A stretch of 64,000 bases of DNA from Chitinivorax sp. B (GTDB lineage Bacteria; Pseudomonadota; Gammaproteobacteria; Burkholderiales; SCOH01), in NCBI RefSeq assembly GCF_005503445.1, contig NZ_SCOH01000011.1, positions 34,085 through 98,084 on the forward strand, written 5' to 3'. Shown here piece after piece: positions 1 to 14,100 of this stretch (position 1 is the first letter of the stretch; the number at the start of each line of letters is the position of its first letter). Made by a program: the position numbers and the translations under genes. The notes below the pieces were generated by a model. The model searched no databases. It was not told the DNA's origin and saw only the letters and a list, made by a program, of their open reading frames with translations.

Positions 1-92
1 GAATTCACTGCGATGTACGTATCAATCCATCAATCATGCACTGCAACAAATCAAGTCTCATCAATTGATCATCTACCTGGCCGGAATCGTGT

Positions 93-2626
<2,534 letters not shown>

Positions 2627-2654
2627 TCCGCCAGCACATTAGGGCGAAAGCCGC

Positions 2655-3674
2655 TTACAACGGGCAGATCTGTATTGGGTCGCCTTCAGCTACATTCAAT
2701 GCGGTCGCCAGCGCCAAGCTCAGCCGCACCTTACCGCTTGGCTCATCCACCAGCACCGCCCCTACCGTGGCCCTATAGTCAGCCAACTTGCGGTTGGCAA
2801 TCAGGTAAGTCGGGGCATCTTCCGCGACAAGTCCAATTTCCGTCTTGTAGCGACGATGTTCAGCAATGGTCCGTATATTGGCTGTACGAGCCTGCACAAC
2901 GCAGCCGCCATCAAAAATATCGACGTAGCGTTCAGTTTCAAACCCCTCGTTGATCAATATCTCGAACGGCAACATGGCTGTCGGATGAACCTGTCCGATG
3001 GCTTCCTGCGCGGACTCCGGTAGCAAGGGGACATAAATCGGATGTTGTGGCAGCAGCTCGGCAATAAAGGAACGACCCTTGATACCACAATACAATTCCG
3101 CCTGGGCATAATCGATATCGAAGAACAAGCGTCCAACCCCATCCCAGAATGGAGAATTGCCATGATCGTCACTCAGGCCCACCATCTCAGACACCACCGC
3201 ATCACCAAATCGTTGCGGGTGGGCTGCAATCATCAGCAACCGCGCACGCGACAGTAGATCGGACCATTCCGTGTACTGATAAGGTTCATCGATATAAAAC
3301 GACGTCAACAACGTGTTGCCAGTCAGATCGTGACAAAGCGACAACACATGAATCTTGCTATGCACACCCAGTTCACGCGAGGCATGGATCAGTGTCTCAT
3401 TGCGATAGTTGTAGAACGGCTCTTGATAACCTGCCGATGCAACAATCCCGGACGTACCCACCAACTCACCAGTGCAGGTGTCTTCCAATACGAAGAAATA
3501 GCTCTCTTCACCATTGCCGTTAACTTCCGCCTCCATAGATTTGACCGAGGCTTCAATTTTGGCATACAGGCGTTCACGGTTATCCGGCAACGAAGTCACG
3601 CCGACCGGACTTTTGGCGGCGATTTTCTCGATTGCGGGTAGGTCAGCCAGACGACTAGGGCGAAAAACGAGCAT
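2655..3674 (-). CDS. aruF: arginine/ornithine N-succinyltransferase subunit (AruF/AstA family)
   Basis: A 339-aa ORF paralogous to the aruG-like gene, immediately downstream of the aminotransferase, as in Pseudomonas aruCFGDB. Confidence 0.82.
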   Translation of the reverse strand: MLVFRPSRLADLPAIEKIAAKSPVGVTSLPDNRERLYAKIEASVKSMEAEVNGNGEESYFFVLEDTCTGELVGTSGIVASAGYQEPFYNYRNETLIHASRELGVHSKIHVLSLCHDLTGNTLLTSFYIDEPYQYTEWSDLLSRARLLMIAAHPQRFGDAVVSEMVGLSDDHGNSPFWDGVGRLFFDIDYAQAELYCGIKGRSFIAELLPQHPIYVPLLPESAQEAIGQVHPTAMLPFEILINEGFETERYVDIFDGGCVVQARTANIRTIAEHRRYKTEIGLVAEDAPTYLIANRKLADYRATVGAVLVDEPSGKVRLSLALATALNVAEGDPIQICPL

Positions 3675-3733
3675 GGCTCTCTCAACAGACAGGGCGGGCA
3701 GCGCACAGCGCTGCTCAGCCAGACAACAGAAAT

Positions 3734-5030
<1,297 letters not shown>

Positions 5031-5060
5031 TAATTACATCGGGCTGCCGAAAACCGGCTT

Positions 5061-6044
5061 TCAAGTTTCATCACCAACCGATGTAGACCGTCGCCCGGGC
5101 TGATGACGCAGGCGGTCTTCACGTGGTGTGGTACCAAAATGATTGCGATAGCTACTGGAAAAATGCGGCCCGGACGAAAAGCCACACGACAGGCCAATCT
5201 GAATGATCGATTTGCTGGTCTGTAACAATAACTGCCGAGCCCGCTGCAGCCGCAAATCCAGATAATACTGCGAAGGTACGCTGTTGAGGTGCTGCTTGAA
5301 CAGGCGTTCCAGCTGCCGGCGCGAAACACAGACCCGATCGGCAATTTCATCGGTAGTCAATGGTTCCTCCAGATTACTCTCCATCAAGCTGACTGCCTTG
5401 ACCAACTTTGGTTGCACACCAGAGCCCAATTGATTTTGCAATGGGATACGCTGACGCTCCTCACCGCTGCGCATCCGCTCATTCATCAAGCTTTCCGACA
5501 CCGCGCCTGCCAGCTCGTTACCCGCCAACCGCGCGATGATGGCTAACGTCAGATCCAATGCAGCCATACCGCCACCGCAACTGAAGCGATTCCGATCCAG
5601 TTCGAACAGATTGCTGCTGATAGCGGTTTGTGGGAATTGTTCGAGATAATGTTCAGCCTGCTGCCAGTGCACGCTGACCTTGTAGCCATTCATCAACCCT
5701 GCCTGGGCCAGCCAGAATACGCCCCAGCCAATACCCACCAACATGGCGTCACGATTGAGCAGCTCAATTACCCGCCGTGCCGGACGCAATGCCCCTGTCA
5801 ACACAAAAACCAGATCCGAGGCCAATTGTGGTTGTAATTGTGGCACCGTCAATGACAGACCCGCTTCATCCTTTACCGGCGCAACATCCAACGTGGCAAG
5901 CGAAATCTGAAAGATCTCCCTGCCGGCCAATCGATTGGCACCGATCAATGCCGCCCGCACCAAAGCCAGCTCATGCAGTGCATAACCAGACAACAGCAAT
6001 AGCTGTACACGTCGAACCGGTACCTGATCGCTCAACTCAAACAT
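5061..6044 (-). CDS. argR: AraC/XylS-family transcriptional regulator at the position of Pseudomonas argR
   Basis: 327 aa. The C-terminus carries an AraC-type double HTH (IADRVCVSRRQLERLFKQ...IGLSCGFSSGPHFSSSYRNHFGTTP). The N-terminus is a DJ-1/PfpI (GATase1-like) type sensory domain. The gene sits between the aot transporter genes and aruC, as in aotJQMOP-argR. Confidence 0.72.
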   Translation of the reverse strand: MFELSDQVPVRRVQLLLLSGYALHELALVRAALIGANRLAGREIFQISLATLDVAPVKDEAGLSLTVPQLQPQLASDLVFVLTGALRPARRVIELLNRDAMLVGIGWGVFWLAQAGLMNGYKVSVHWQQAEHYLEQFPQTAISSNLFELDRNRFSCGGGMAALDLTLAIIARLAGNELAGAVSESLMNERMRSGEERQRIPLQNQLGSGVQPKLVKAVSLMESNLEEPLTTDEIADRVCVSRRQLERLFKQHLNSVPSQYYLDLRLQRARQLLLQTSKSIIQIGLSCGFSSGPHFSSSYRNHFGTTPREDRLRHQPGRRSTSVGDET

Positions 6045-6202
6045 GAATACATCACTTGAAATCTATGGCACTGTACCAACAGCGCCTGGATTCTCAATCT
6101 GGTCATTGGATAGCACACATTGCTGCCGATCCGGCAAAATACTGTGCAAGCATGCTGGAATGCAGACTGGCAAAGGCATGATATGGTTGTAACCTGGATA
6201 AT

Positions 6203-6228
6203 TAAAGGCCGGCTATGTGCCGGCCGCC
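6203..6228 (-). terminator. hairpin GGCCGGC-TATGT-GCCGGCC just downstream of aotP, followed on the minus strand by TTTAATTAT; possible attenuator before argR
   Basis: A perfect 7-bp inverted repeat 7 nt after the aotP stop, with a T/A-rich tail on the minus strand. Confidence 0.45.
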
Positions 6229-6234
6229 TGAACC

Positions 6235-7101
6235 TTATTTTAGACTGCCCGACAGAAATTGACGCAGCCGTTCACTCTGCGGTGACACCAACACTTGCTT
6301 GGGATCGCCTTGCTCTTCAATTCGACCTTGATGCAGGAAGATGACATGATTGGATACCTCACGGGCAAATGCCATCTCATGCGTAACCACCACCATGGTG
6401 CGACCTTCCTGGGCCAATTGTTGCATCACGCGCAATACTTCACCGACCAATTCCGGGTCCAGCGCTGAAGTTGGTTCGTCAAACAACATGACTTCCGGCT
6501 CCATCGCCAAGGCACGGGCAATGGCCACACGCTGTTGTTGCCCCCCCGACATGTGTGCAGGGTATTTGTCCTCGACCTGTTTCAGGCCAACCTTGTCCAG
6601 ATACTTACGGGCTCGACTGATCGCTTCTTCCTTGCTGACACCCAACACGTGGATTGGCGCTTCAATGATGTTTTCCAACACCGTCATATGTGCCCAAAGG
6701 TTGAAGTGCTGGAACACCATTGCCAATCGTGACCGGGTACGCTGCAATTGCTTGGCATCCACCGCATTCAGCATGCCATCTTTCGCCTTCGCCAGCTTCA
6801 GCTCTTCCCCTGTAACCAGGATACGGCCGCTATGCGGGCGCTCCAACAGGTTGATACAACGCAGAAAGGTACTTTTTCCCGAACCACTCGAGCCAATAAT
6901 GCTGATCACGTCGCCCGCACGTGCCGCCAGCGATACACCTTTCAGCACTTCATGGCTACCATAGCACTTGTGCAAGTCTTCCACCTGCAACTTGTATACC
7001 GCCACATCTGCCGCAACATGGTTTGCATCTGATTTAGCAGGCGAGGTGCCACCGGATTGTGCATCTATCGGCAAGCCCGACTTTTCCGCATTCAAAAACA
7101 T
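6235..7101 (-). CDS. aotP: polar amino-acid ABC transporter ATP-binding protein
   Basis: Walker [13 protein letters not shown] signature [15 protein letters not shown] and Walker [12 protein letters not shown] are all present. The start may be internal to the 288-aa ORF. Confidence 0.9.
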   Translation of the reverse strand: MFLNAEKSGLPIDAQSGGTSPAKSDANHVAADVAVYKLQVEDLHKCYGSHEVLKGVSLAARAGDVISIIGSSGSGKSTFLRCINLLERPHSGRILVTGEELKLAKAKDGMLNAVDAKQLQRTRSRLAMVFQHFNLWAHMTVLENIIEAPIHVLGVSKEEAISRARKYLDKVGLKQVEDKYPAHMSGGQQQRVAIARALAMEPEVMLFDEPTSALDPELVGEVLRVMQQLAQEGRTMVVVTHEMAFAREVSNHVIFLHQGRIEEQGDPKQVLVSPQSERLRQFLSGSLK

Positions 7102-7122
7102 GGTTGTCTCACTCCAGAAAAC

Positions 7123-8241
7123 TTATGCGCTCAACAGATTACCTGTCTTGAACGGCACACTACCCGCCACTTTGGCCATGCACATGCCGGCCGTCGCGTA
7201 GCGGCGGTTCTCGCGGGCGTACAGCACACCCGCTGTATTGCTGGTCACGGTGGCTATGCGATCCAGTAATGGATCGATCACGTCGAACACCGCGTCTCCT
7301 TTGGCTACCACATCCCCGACCTGCTTGTGGAATGCCACAGCACCGGCAATCGGCGCAGTCAATGAATCCGACCCCGCCAATGGTGAGGCCGCATGCAACA
7401 AGGGCGGCAAGGCCGGCGCAGGTTCATCAACCACTCCGCGATGACACAGAAAGGCATACAAGCTGGCAGCATCTTGCGCTGCCAATTCATGCGTCACATC
7501 CTGCTCGCCACGTAGTTCGACCGTGACGGATAAGCACGCCATTTCAATTGGGAAGCGATCCCTGAAATAATCAGCCAATTTCCACCAAGTTTGCGCACAG
7601 GCTTCATCAAATGGCTGCCCCCCAGACTCTGTCGCCAGCAACGTGGCATGGGCACCCAAATAGCGTGCCAACGGCTCGCACTGTGCCCATAGTGGTGTGC
7701 CGGTATAAAGATGCAGCACCGCTTCCGTATCGCAATGCAAGTCAAGCACCACGTCAGCATCGAAGGCCAAAGACATCAAGGTATGACGCAACGATTCCAG
7801 CTCAGTCAACGGTTTGGCTTGCGCCAACACCTCTCGCATTGCCGCACGGATCACACTGGTATTGTGCTTGGCATCCTGCGTGAACGCCTCAGCCAGCTTC
7901 GCTTGAATCAGCGGCGCAAAATCGGTGTAGTAGCGGTTGAAATTTTCGCCAGTGGTGAATTCAAAACGCCCCATCTGGTCATGCAACAGGGATTGTGACA
8001 AGCCGATCGGATTGGCATAGGGCACCAAGACGATCTCGCCCTTGATTTTACCAGCCGCTTCAGCACGATCGAGCAAAGGCCGTAAATGATGCAATACCAG
8101 CATGCCCGGCAATTCATCCGCATGCAGGCTGGCCTGCAGGTAAATCTTCTCACCCATCCCTGATGCACCGTAATGCAGACTACGCAAACTGCGCTGGGTA
8201 CCAATGCTGGGTGAAATCAGTAAATGATGTTGTATGTTCAT
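7123..8241 (-). CDS. aotO: succinylglutamate desuccinylase/aspartoacylase-family protein (AotO-like)
   Basis: About 372 aa, lying between the permease and ATPase genes exactly where the Pseudomonas aotO gene of unknown function sits. The start was chosen at MNIQHH (ATG at 8241), which is preceded by GGAGG. Confidence 0.65.
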   Translation of the reverse strand: MNIQHHLLISPSIGTQRSLRSLHYGASGMGEKIYLQASLHADELPGMLVLHHLRPLLDRAEAAGKIKGEIVLVPYANPIGLSQSLLHDQMGRFEFTTGENFNRYYTDFAPLIQAKLAEAFTQDAKHNTSVIRAAMREVLAQAKPLTELESLRHTLMSLAFDADVVLDLHCDTEAVLHLYTGTPLWAQCEPLARYLGAHATLLATESGGQPFDEACAQTWWKLADYFRDRFPIEMACLSVTVELRGEQDVTHELAAQDAASLYAFLCHRGVVDEPAPALPPLLHAASPLAGSDSLTAPIAGAVAFHKQVGDVVAKGDAVFDVIDPLLDRIATVTSNTAGVLYARENRRYATAGMCMAKVAGSVPFKTGNLLSA

Positions 8242-8323
8242 ATCGAATCCGCCTCCGGTAACTGCCAGCCGGAACAACGCCAATGCGCTGGAGCCCGCCA
8301 CCCAAGGCGGGCCATGATCCCGG

Positions 8324-9013
8324 TCAGGCTTTGCGTGGCTGCATATGGGCCAGCCAGCGTCCTTCCGCTTTCTTGAACAACTTCACGATCAGAAAGGTAA
8401 AACACAAATAAATCACACCTGCCGCGATGAATGCTTCAAACGGCAGGTAGTACTGCGAATAGATCTTGCGCGCCGCACCAGTGATATCCATCAACGTCAC
8501 GATGGATGCAAGCGACGTACCATGCAGCATCATGATCACCTCATTGCTGTAGGCCGGCAAGGCACGGCGTAAAGCCGATGGCAACAGAATCCGCCGGAAC
8601 ATCAGTGCGCGACTCATACCCATGGCCTTGGCTGCTTCCACTTCACCATGATGAGTAGCCTTGATAGCACCAACCAGCATCTCGGTGGTATAGGCACTGG
8701 TGTTAATGATGAAGGCCAGACAGGCGCAAAAGCTGGCGCTCTGCAAATACTCCCAAGCCCAACTGTCACGCACCAACTCAAATTGTGCCACGCCGTAATA
8801 GATCAAATACAACTGGACCAACATCGGTGTACCACGAATCACGTAGGTATATAGCCACACTACCCCACCGGCCCACTTGCTGGCCACACGCAGCACAGCC
8901 AGCGGCACTGACAACAACAATCCAAACAACAGCGACAAAACCAACAGCTGCAAGGTCGTTAGAATGCCACTGCCGTAAAGACCAATATTGGCCCAGATCA
9001 CGTCAAATTGCAT
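8324..9013 (-). CDS. aotM: polar amino-acid ABC transporter permease
   Basis: A HisM/HisQ-type membrane permease with the EAA-like loop (AKAMGMSRALMFRRILLPSALRRALPAYSNEV). Its start ATG at 9013..9011 overlaps the aotQ stop in an ATGA arrangement. Confidence 0.85.
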   Translation of the reverse strand: MQFDVIWANIGLYGSGILTTLQLLVLSLLFGLLLSVPLAVLRVASKWAGGVVWLYTYVIRGTPMLVQLYLIYYGVAQFELVRDSWAWEYLQSASFCACLAFIINTSAYTTEMLVGAIKATHHGEVEAAKAMGMSRALMFRRILLPSALRRALPAYSNEVIMMLHGTSLASIVTLMDITGAARKIYSQYYLPFEAFIAAGVIYLCFTFLIVKLFKKAEGRWLAHMQPRKA

Positions 9014-9732
9014 CACAACTCCCCGGTCCGCACACCAGCCGAATACCGTTTTTCCACCCAACGCAGGACCAGGATGGAAACCGTGGTAAACAACAGATAC
9101 ATTCCTGCCACAAACAGGAAGAAAGTAAACGGTTGCTGGGTAGCCTTACCAGCAGCATCGGCGCGCTTCATCATATCCTGCAGACCAATGACCGATACCA
9201 GTGCCGTAGTCTTCAGTAGAACCAGCCAGTTGTTGGAGAAGCTGGGGATCGCAAAGCGGATCATCTGTGGCACCACGATACGGAAAAACACCCGACTGCG
9301 GCTCATACCAAAAGCCACACCGGCTTCCGACTGCCCCTTGGGTACTGCCATGATGGCTCCACGAAAGGTTTCCGACAGATATGCCCCAAAAATGAATCCT
9401 ATGGTCAACATACCCGCAAGAAATGGATCAACGTCGACAAAATCCAACGCATAGTCCGAGCCCCGCTCAACCATCCAATCATTGAAGTAGGTCACAAGGT
9501 CATTGATGATGATCTGTCCGCCAAAGAACAGCAGTAACATCAACACCAGATCAGGTACACCACGAATTAATGTGGAATAGGCCTCGCCCCACCAAGCGAT
9601 GAAACGATTAGATGCCAGCTTGGCTGCTGCGCCGATCAAACCAAGAATGGTAGCGACGATCAACGAACCGAAAGCAATTTTCAGTGTGACCCACGCACCG
9701 TCGAGAATGCTGGGGAGGTATTCGCCAAGCAT
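9013..9732 (-). CDS. aotQ: polar amino-acid ABC transporter permease
   Basis: A HisQ-type permease with an EAA loop (GVAFGMSRSRVFFRIVVPQMIRFAIPSFSNN). The start was set at MLGEYLP (ATG at 9732), which follows GGAG. Confidence 0.85.
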   Translation of the reverse strand: MLGEYLPSILDGAWVTLKIAFGSLIVATILGLIGAAAKLASNRFIAWWGEAYSTLIRGVPDLVLMLLLFFGGQIIINDLVTYFNDWMVERGSDYALDFVDVDPFLAGMLTIGFIFGAYLSETFRGAIMAVPKGQSEAGVAFGMSRSRVFFRIVVPQMIRFAIPSFSNNWLVLLKTTALVSVIGLQDMMKRADAAGKATQQPFTFFLFVAGMYLLFTTVSILVLRWVEKRYSAGVRTGEL

Positions 9733-9905
9733 GTTCTGACGCTCCTGCCAAAAAGACGCACAGGCCCGAACCAACCGGCCCGTGCGACACTCAAGGAGAC
9801 AAATATCGAAAACAGCAATTCCACACATGGCAATCGCCGTTGACGAGACGATATCCGATCACGGCATCGGGGGGCACATGTCCACCCGTCACCACTGATC
9901 AGGCG

Positions 9906-10685
9906 CTATTTGCCATAAACGTCGAAATCGAAGTACTTGCCTTGAACCTGCTTGTAGACACCATTACTTCGAATGGCCTTGATGGCTGCCGTGAATTGGT
10001 CACGCAGATCGGCATCCGCCTTGCGTACGGCAACCGCCGCGCCAAAGCCGATGTATTTCGGATCATCCAGTACCGGTCCGACAAAACCATAATCCTTGCC
10101 AGCTGGTGTATCCATGAAATCGACCTTACCTACTACGCTATCCACCAGGGTGGTATCGATGCGGCCCGATTTCAGGTCCAGAAACACCTCGTTCTGCGAG
10201 CCGTAGGGAACAACTTGTGCACCTGCACGGCCATAGATATCGGCTGCATATTGCTCTTGAGTGGAGCCACGCAATACGCCGATCTTTTTACCCTTCATGC
10301 TTTCCGGTGTACCGGCCAGTTTTTTGTCGTTCTTGGCGATCAAACGGGAGGGGGTGTGATAATACTTCTCGGAGAACTCCACCGCGCGCTTGCGTTCTTC
10401 GGTGATCGACATGGAGGAAATGATGGCGTCGAATTTGCGGGCGTTCAACGCAGGGATGATGCCATCCCAGTCTTGCTCGACAAAGGTACACTTGGCCTTC
10501 ATCTGTGCACACAGGGCATTGGCGATATCAACATCGAAACCGGCCAACTTACCATCGGGGGTCTTGTAGGTGAAGGGCTTGTAAGCCGCTTCCAGACCAA
10601 TACGGATGGTTTTCCATTCTTTTGCCTGGGCGGTCGCCGCCAAAGCAGACATGAGTAGCGCAGCAATGAGCGCACGTTTCTGCAT
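9906..10685 (-). CDS. aotJ: periplasmic lysine/arginine/ornithine-binding protein
   Basis: A 259-aa family-3 solute-binding protein with a signal peptide (MQKRALIAALLMSALAATAQA). It is the first gene of the transporter operon. Confidence 0.9.
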   Translation of the reverse strand: MQKRALIAALLMSALAATAQAKEWKTIRIGLEAAYKPFTYKTPDGKLAGFDVDIANALCAQMKAKCTFVEQDWDGIIPALNARKFDAIISSMSITEERKRAVEFSEKYYHTPSRLIAKNDKKLAGTPESMKGKKIGVLRGSTQEQYAADIYGRAGAQVVPYGSQNEVFLDLKSGRIDTTLVDSVVGKVDFMDTPAGKDYGFVGPVLDDPKYIGFGAAVAVRKADADLRDQFTAAIKAIRSNGVYKQVQGKYFDFDVYGK

Positions 10686-10799
10686 ATTGTACTCCTCGTA
10701 TCAAACCGGCCAGCATACCACAAGCCGCATCCATCCTTCACCCCACCGCTTTATTGGTTATGGATTACGCGATGAGTCGAAAAGATTGTAACCACCCGA

Positions 10800-10830
10800 C
10801 TGATCGACACATTTCTTGAAAGCGACATGT
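10800..10830 (-). promoter_or_regulatory. putative ArgR-type box upstream of aotJ
   Basis: The minus strand reads ATGTCGCTTTCAAGAAATGTGTCGATC, with TGTCGC-N8-AA followed by a second TGTCGA half-site. It lies about 120-145 bp upstream of aotJ. Confidence 0.35.
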
Positions 10831-10918
10831 TGTTATATCGCCATATGACCGATTACACAGTATCAACCGAACCACCGAAACATGCGAAAATGATTGGTTC
10901 CATGTGCAGGCATCCAAG

Positions 10919-10960
10919 CGTCGAGCCAATGTACAAAGCTGTCGCATTAGGGAAATCCGC
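10919..10960 (+). promoter_or_regulatory. putative ArgR-type box upstream of gdhB
   Basis: The plus strand reads CGTCGAGCCAATGTACAAAGCTGTCGCATTAGGGAAATCC. The half-sites are 21 bp apart and the second is TGTCGC-N8-AA. The first half resembles the aruC site (CGTCGC-N4-AATG). Confidence 0.4.
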
Positions 10961-11144
10961 TAGATCAGCGTTTCGTTAGAATGCGCCAGAATAAAAAAAG
11001 GCATGACACTTGAGTGATAGTCGTATTTAGCTATGCTGAAATGTTCGCCGGCGCCAGTGGCTGCCCCAAAACCGTTGAATGGCTTGATCACAAGTCAAGT
11101 CACTGCAGCGGCTTTGGGACAGCTTCTGAGGAGGAGACCCCCAC

Positions 11145-14100
11145 ATGCAAAGCGATATCGTCGCAACCAAGCTACTCGACCAGATTTGTGCTGCCGGTAA
11201 TGGCAATGCTGCCCCCGGACTGACGAGTTTTCTCGAACAGTACTACCGCCTTGTCGCCACTGAAGACCTGGAAAGCCGTGAAGCGCTTGACTGGTATGGT
11301 GCAGCGCTGGCGCATTACCAGTTCGGCGCCAAGCGCCCGGCAGGTGAGCTGAAGCTGCGCGTCTACAACCCCAGCTTCAACGAAGACAATTGGCAGACCT
11401 CTCATACCGTCGTCGAAATCATCAATGACGATATGCCATTTCTGGTGGACACCGTCAGTCTGACTTTGCAACGCCTGGGCCTCAACATCCATCTGATCAT
11501 CCATCCAATTTTTGATGTGAACCGCGATGGTAAAGGTCAGTTGAGCGGTTTCGATGCGGCAGATACGCGTGCCGAATCCTGGATGCATGTCGAGATCGAC
11601 CGCATCAGCGGGCGTGGTCAGCTGGAAGAGATCCATGCCGCACTGGAAACCGCATTGACCCAGCTGCGTGCCTGCGTTGAAGACTGGCCTACCATGGCAA
11701 CCAGGTTGGAAGCCGTGGTTGACAGCCTACCCAAAGGCAATAGCGAAGCCGCACAGGCTGCCGATTACCTGACTTGGTTGCGGGACGAACATTTTGTATT
11801 CCTGGGCTTCCGTGAATACGAGCTGACCAGTGATGACAAGGGTCCACAACTGAAGATCGTCAACGAATCCGGCCTGGGTATGTTGCGCGAGGCAGGCGAA
11901 AAGACCCTCTCGGCCAGCTTCAAGGCATTGCCGCTTGAGCTGCGGGATCCGAAGCACCCGCGTGCCAAGCAGTTGATGGTGCTGACCAAGTCCAACTCCC
12001 GTTCTACCGTGCATCGCTCCGGCTATCTGGATGTGATTGCCCTCCGCCGCTTTGACGCTGCCGGCAACGCCGTGGGTGAATACCGATTCCTTGGTCTGTA
12101 TACGGCTGCTGCATACAATACGCCACCACATCAGATTCCATTGCTGTCCGACAAGATTGACGCCGTGATGAAGATGAGTGGCTTGCTGCCGAACAGCCAC
12201 AAGGCTAAAGCCCTGCTGAACGTACTGGAAACCTACCCACGCGACGAATTGATCGAAGCCAGCGAGGAAACACTGTTCCAGATCGCACTAGGCGTGGTCA
12301 ACCTACAGGAACGTTCACGTGTACGCGTGTTCATTCGCGAAGACATTTTCCGTCGTTATGTATCCGCACTGGTTTATCTGCCACGCGATACCTACAACAC
12401 GGATGTCCGTATCAAGATGCAGCAGATTCTGCTGAATGCCTTTAATGGCGTCAGTGCAGAATTCAACGTCATGCTGTCAGAAGCTGCGCTGGCACGCATT
12501 CACTTCATCGTTCGCATTCCGACGGGTGCGCAGCTTAACTACGATGCAGCAGATGTAGAAGCTCAAATTGTTGCCGCTTCCCGCCGCTGGGCTGACGATC
12601 TGCGCGACAACCTTTTGCAACACGCAGGTGAAGAGCGTGGCAATGCCCTGCTTCGCCGTTACCAGAACAGTTTCCCGGCCGCTTATCTGGCTGATTTCAA
12701 TGCCCGCAATGCTGTCGTTGATATCGACCGTATCGAGTCCTGCCTGGCAGGTCATCCGCTGGAGCTGGCCCTGTCAGCACCGAACCCATCCGATACCAGC
12801 CTGATCCGACTGAAACTGTATCGCTCTCAACCCATAGAGCTCTCGGATAGTTTGCCACTGCTGGAAAACCTGGGCGTGCGCGTGACCGATGAGCGCCCTT
12901 ACAAACTGCTGCTGGATGACGGACGCACGGTATCAATCACCGACATCGGTCTGCGCATGCCGCAAACCGGCCTGTTACATGACAGCGATGCGCGCCGCGC
13001 GTTCCAACATGCTTTTGCTGCGACCTTCACAGGTTTGGCAGAAAACGACCCGTTCAACCGCCTGGTTCTGCTGGCCGGTTTGCAATGGCGCGAAGTAGTT
13101 GTGCTGCGTGCTTACTCCAAGTATTTGCGCCAAATCGGTTTCAATTACACCATCGAAACGCTGGCTGACACGCTAGCACGCCATGCAGATCTGGCGAAGC
13201 GTCTGGCCGGCTTGTTCAATGCCATGTTTGAACCAGCACAGACTGGCAAACATGATATCGACACACAGTTTGTCGAGCTGAAGGATGCGCTGCAGAAGGT
13301 CGACAGTGTGGATGACGAACGCATCCTGTCTGGCCTGTTCAATGTGATCAAAGCCACCCTACGTACCAATTTCTTCCAGCCTGCTGTCGATGGCCAGCAA
13401 AAGCCTTACATTTCATTCAAGCTGTCCCCGCGTGACATCCCGAACATGCCGCAGCCGGTGCCCATGTTTGAAATCTGGGTTTATTCACCACGTGTCGAAG
13501 GTGTCCACTTGCGTGGTGGCAAAGTGGCCCGTGGTGGTCTGCGTTGGTCGGATCGCAAGGAAGACTTCCGTACCGAAGTACTGGGCCTGGTGAAAGCGCA
13601 GATGGTGAAAAACACCGTCATCGTGCCGGTTGGCTCAAAAGGTGGTTTTGTCTGCAAGCAGATGGTGCCAGGCATGGATCGCGATGCAGTTCAGGTGGAA
13701 GGCGTGGAATGCTACAAGACCTTTATCCGTGGCCTGCTGGATGTCACCGACAACCTGAAGGAAGGTAAAGTCGTACCGCCGTTGAACGTGGTGCGCCGCG
13801 ATCAGGACGACCCCTATCTGGTGGTGGCAGCTGACAAAGGTACCGCCACCTTCTCCGACATTGCCAACAGCGTGTCGCAGGAATATGGCTTCTGGCTGGA
13901 CGATGCCTTTGCATCCGGTGGCTCCGCAGGATATGACCACAAGAAGATGGGCATTACCGCCCGTGGCGCGTGGGAATCGGTCAAGCGCCAGTTCCGTGAA
14001 ATGGGCGTGGATACCCAGCAAGAAGTGTTCACTGTAGCCGGTATTGGCGATATGGCAGGTGACGTGTTCGGTAACGGCATGTTGAACAGCCCGTTCATCA

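Noticed and set aside
1-92. Window begins with GAATTC and ~90 nt of apparently non-coding sequence; possible aruB start or cloning junction
   Set aside because: This is too short to assess. It is likely just the edge of the sequenced fragment, and nothing biological can be concluded.
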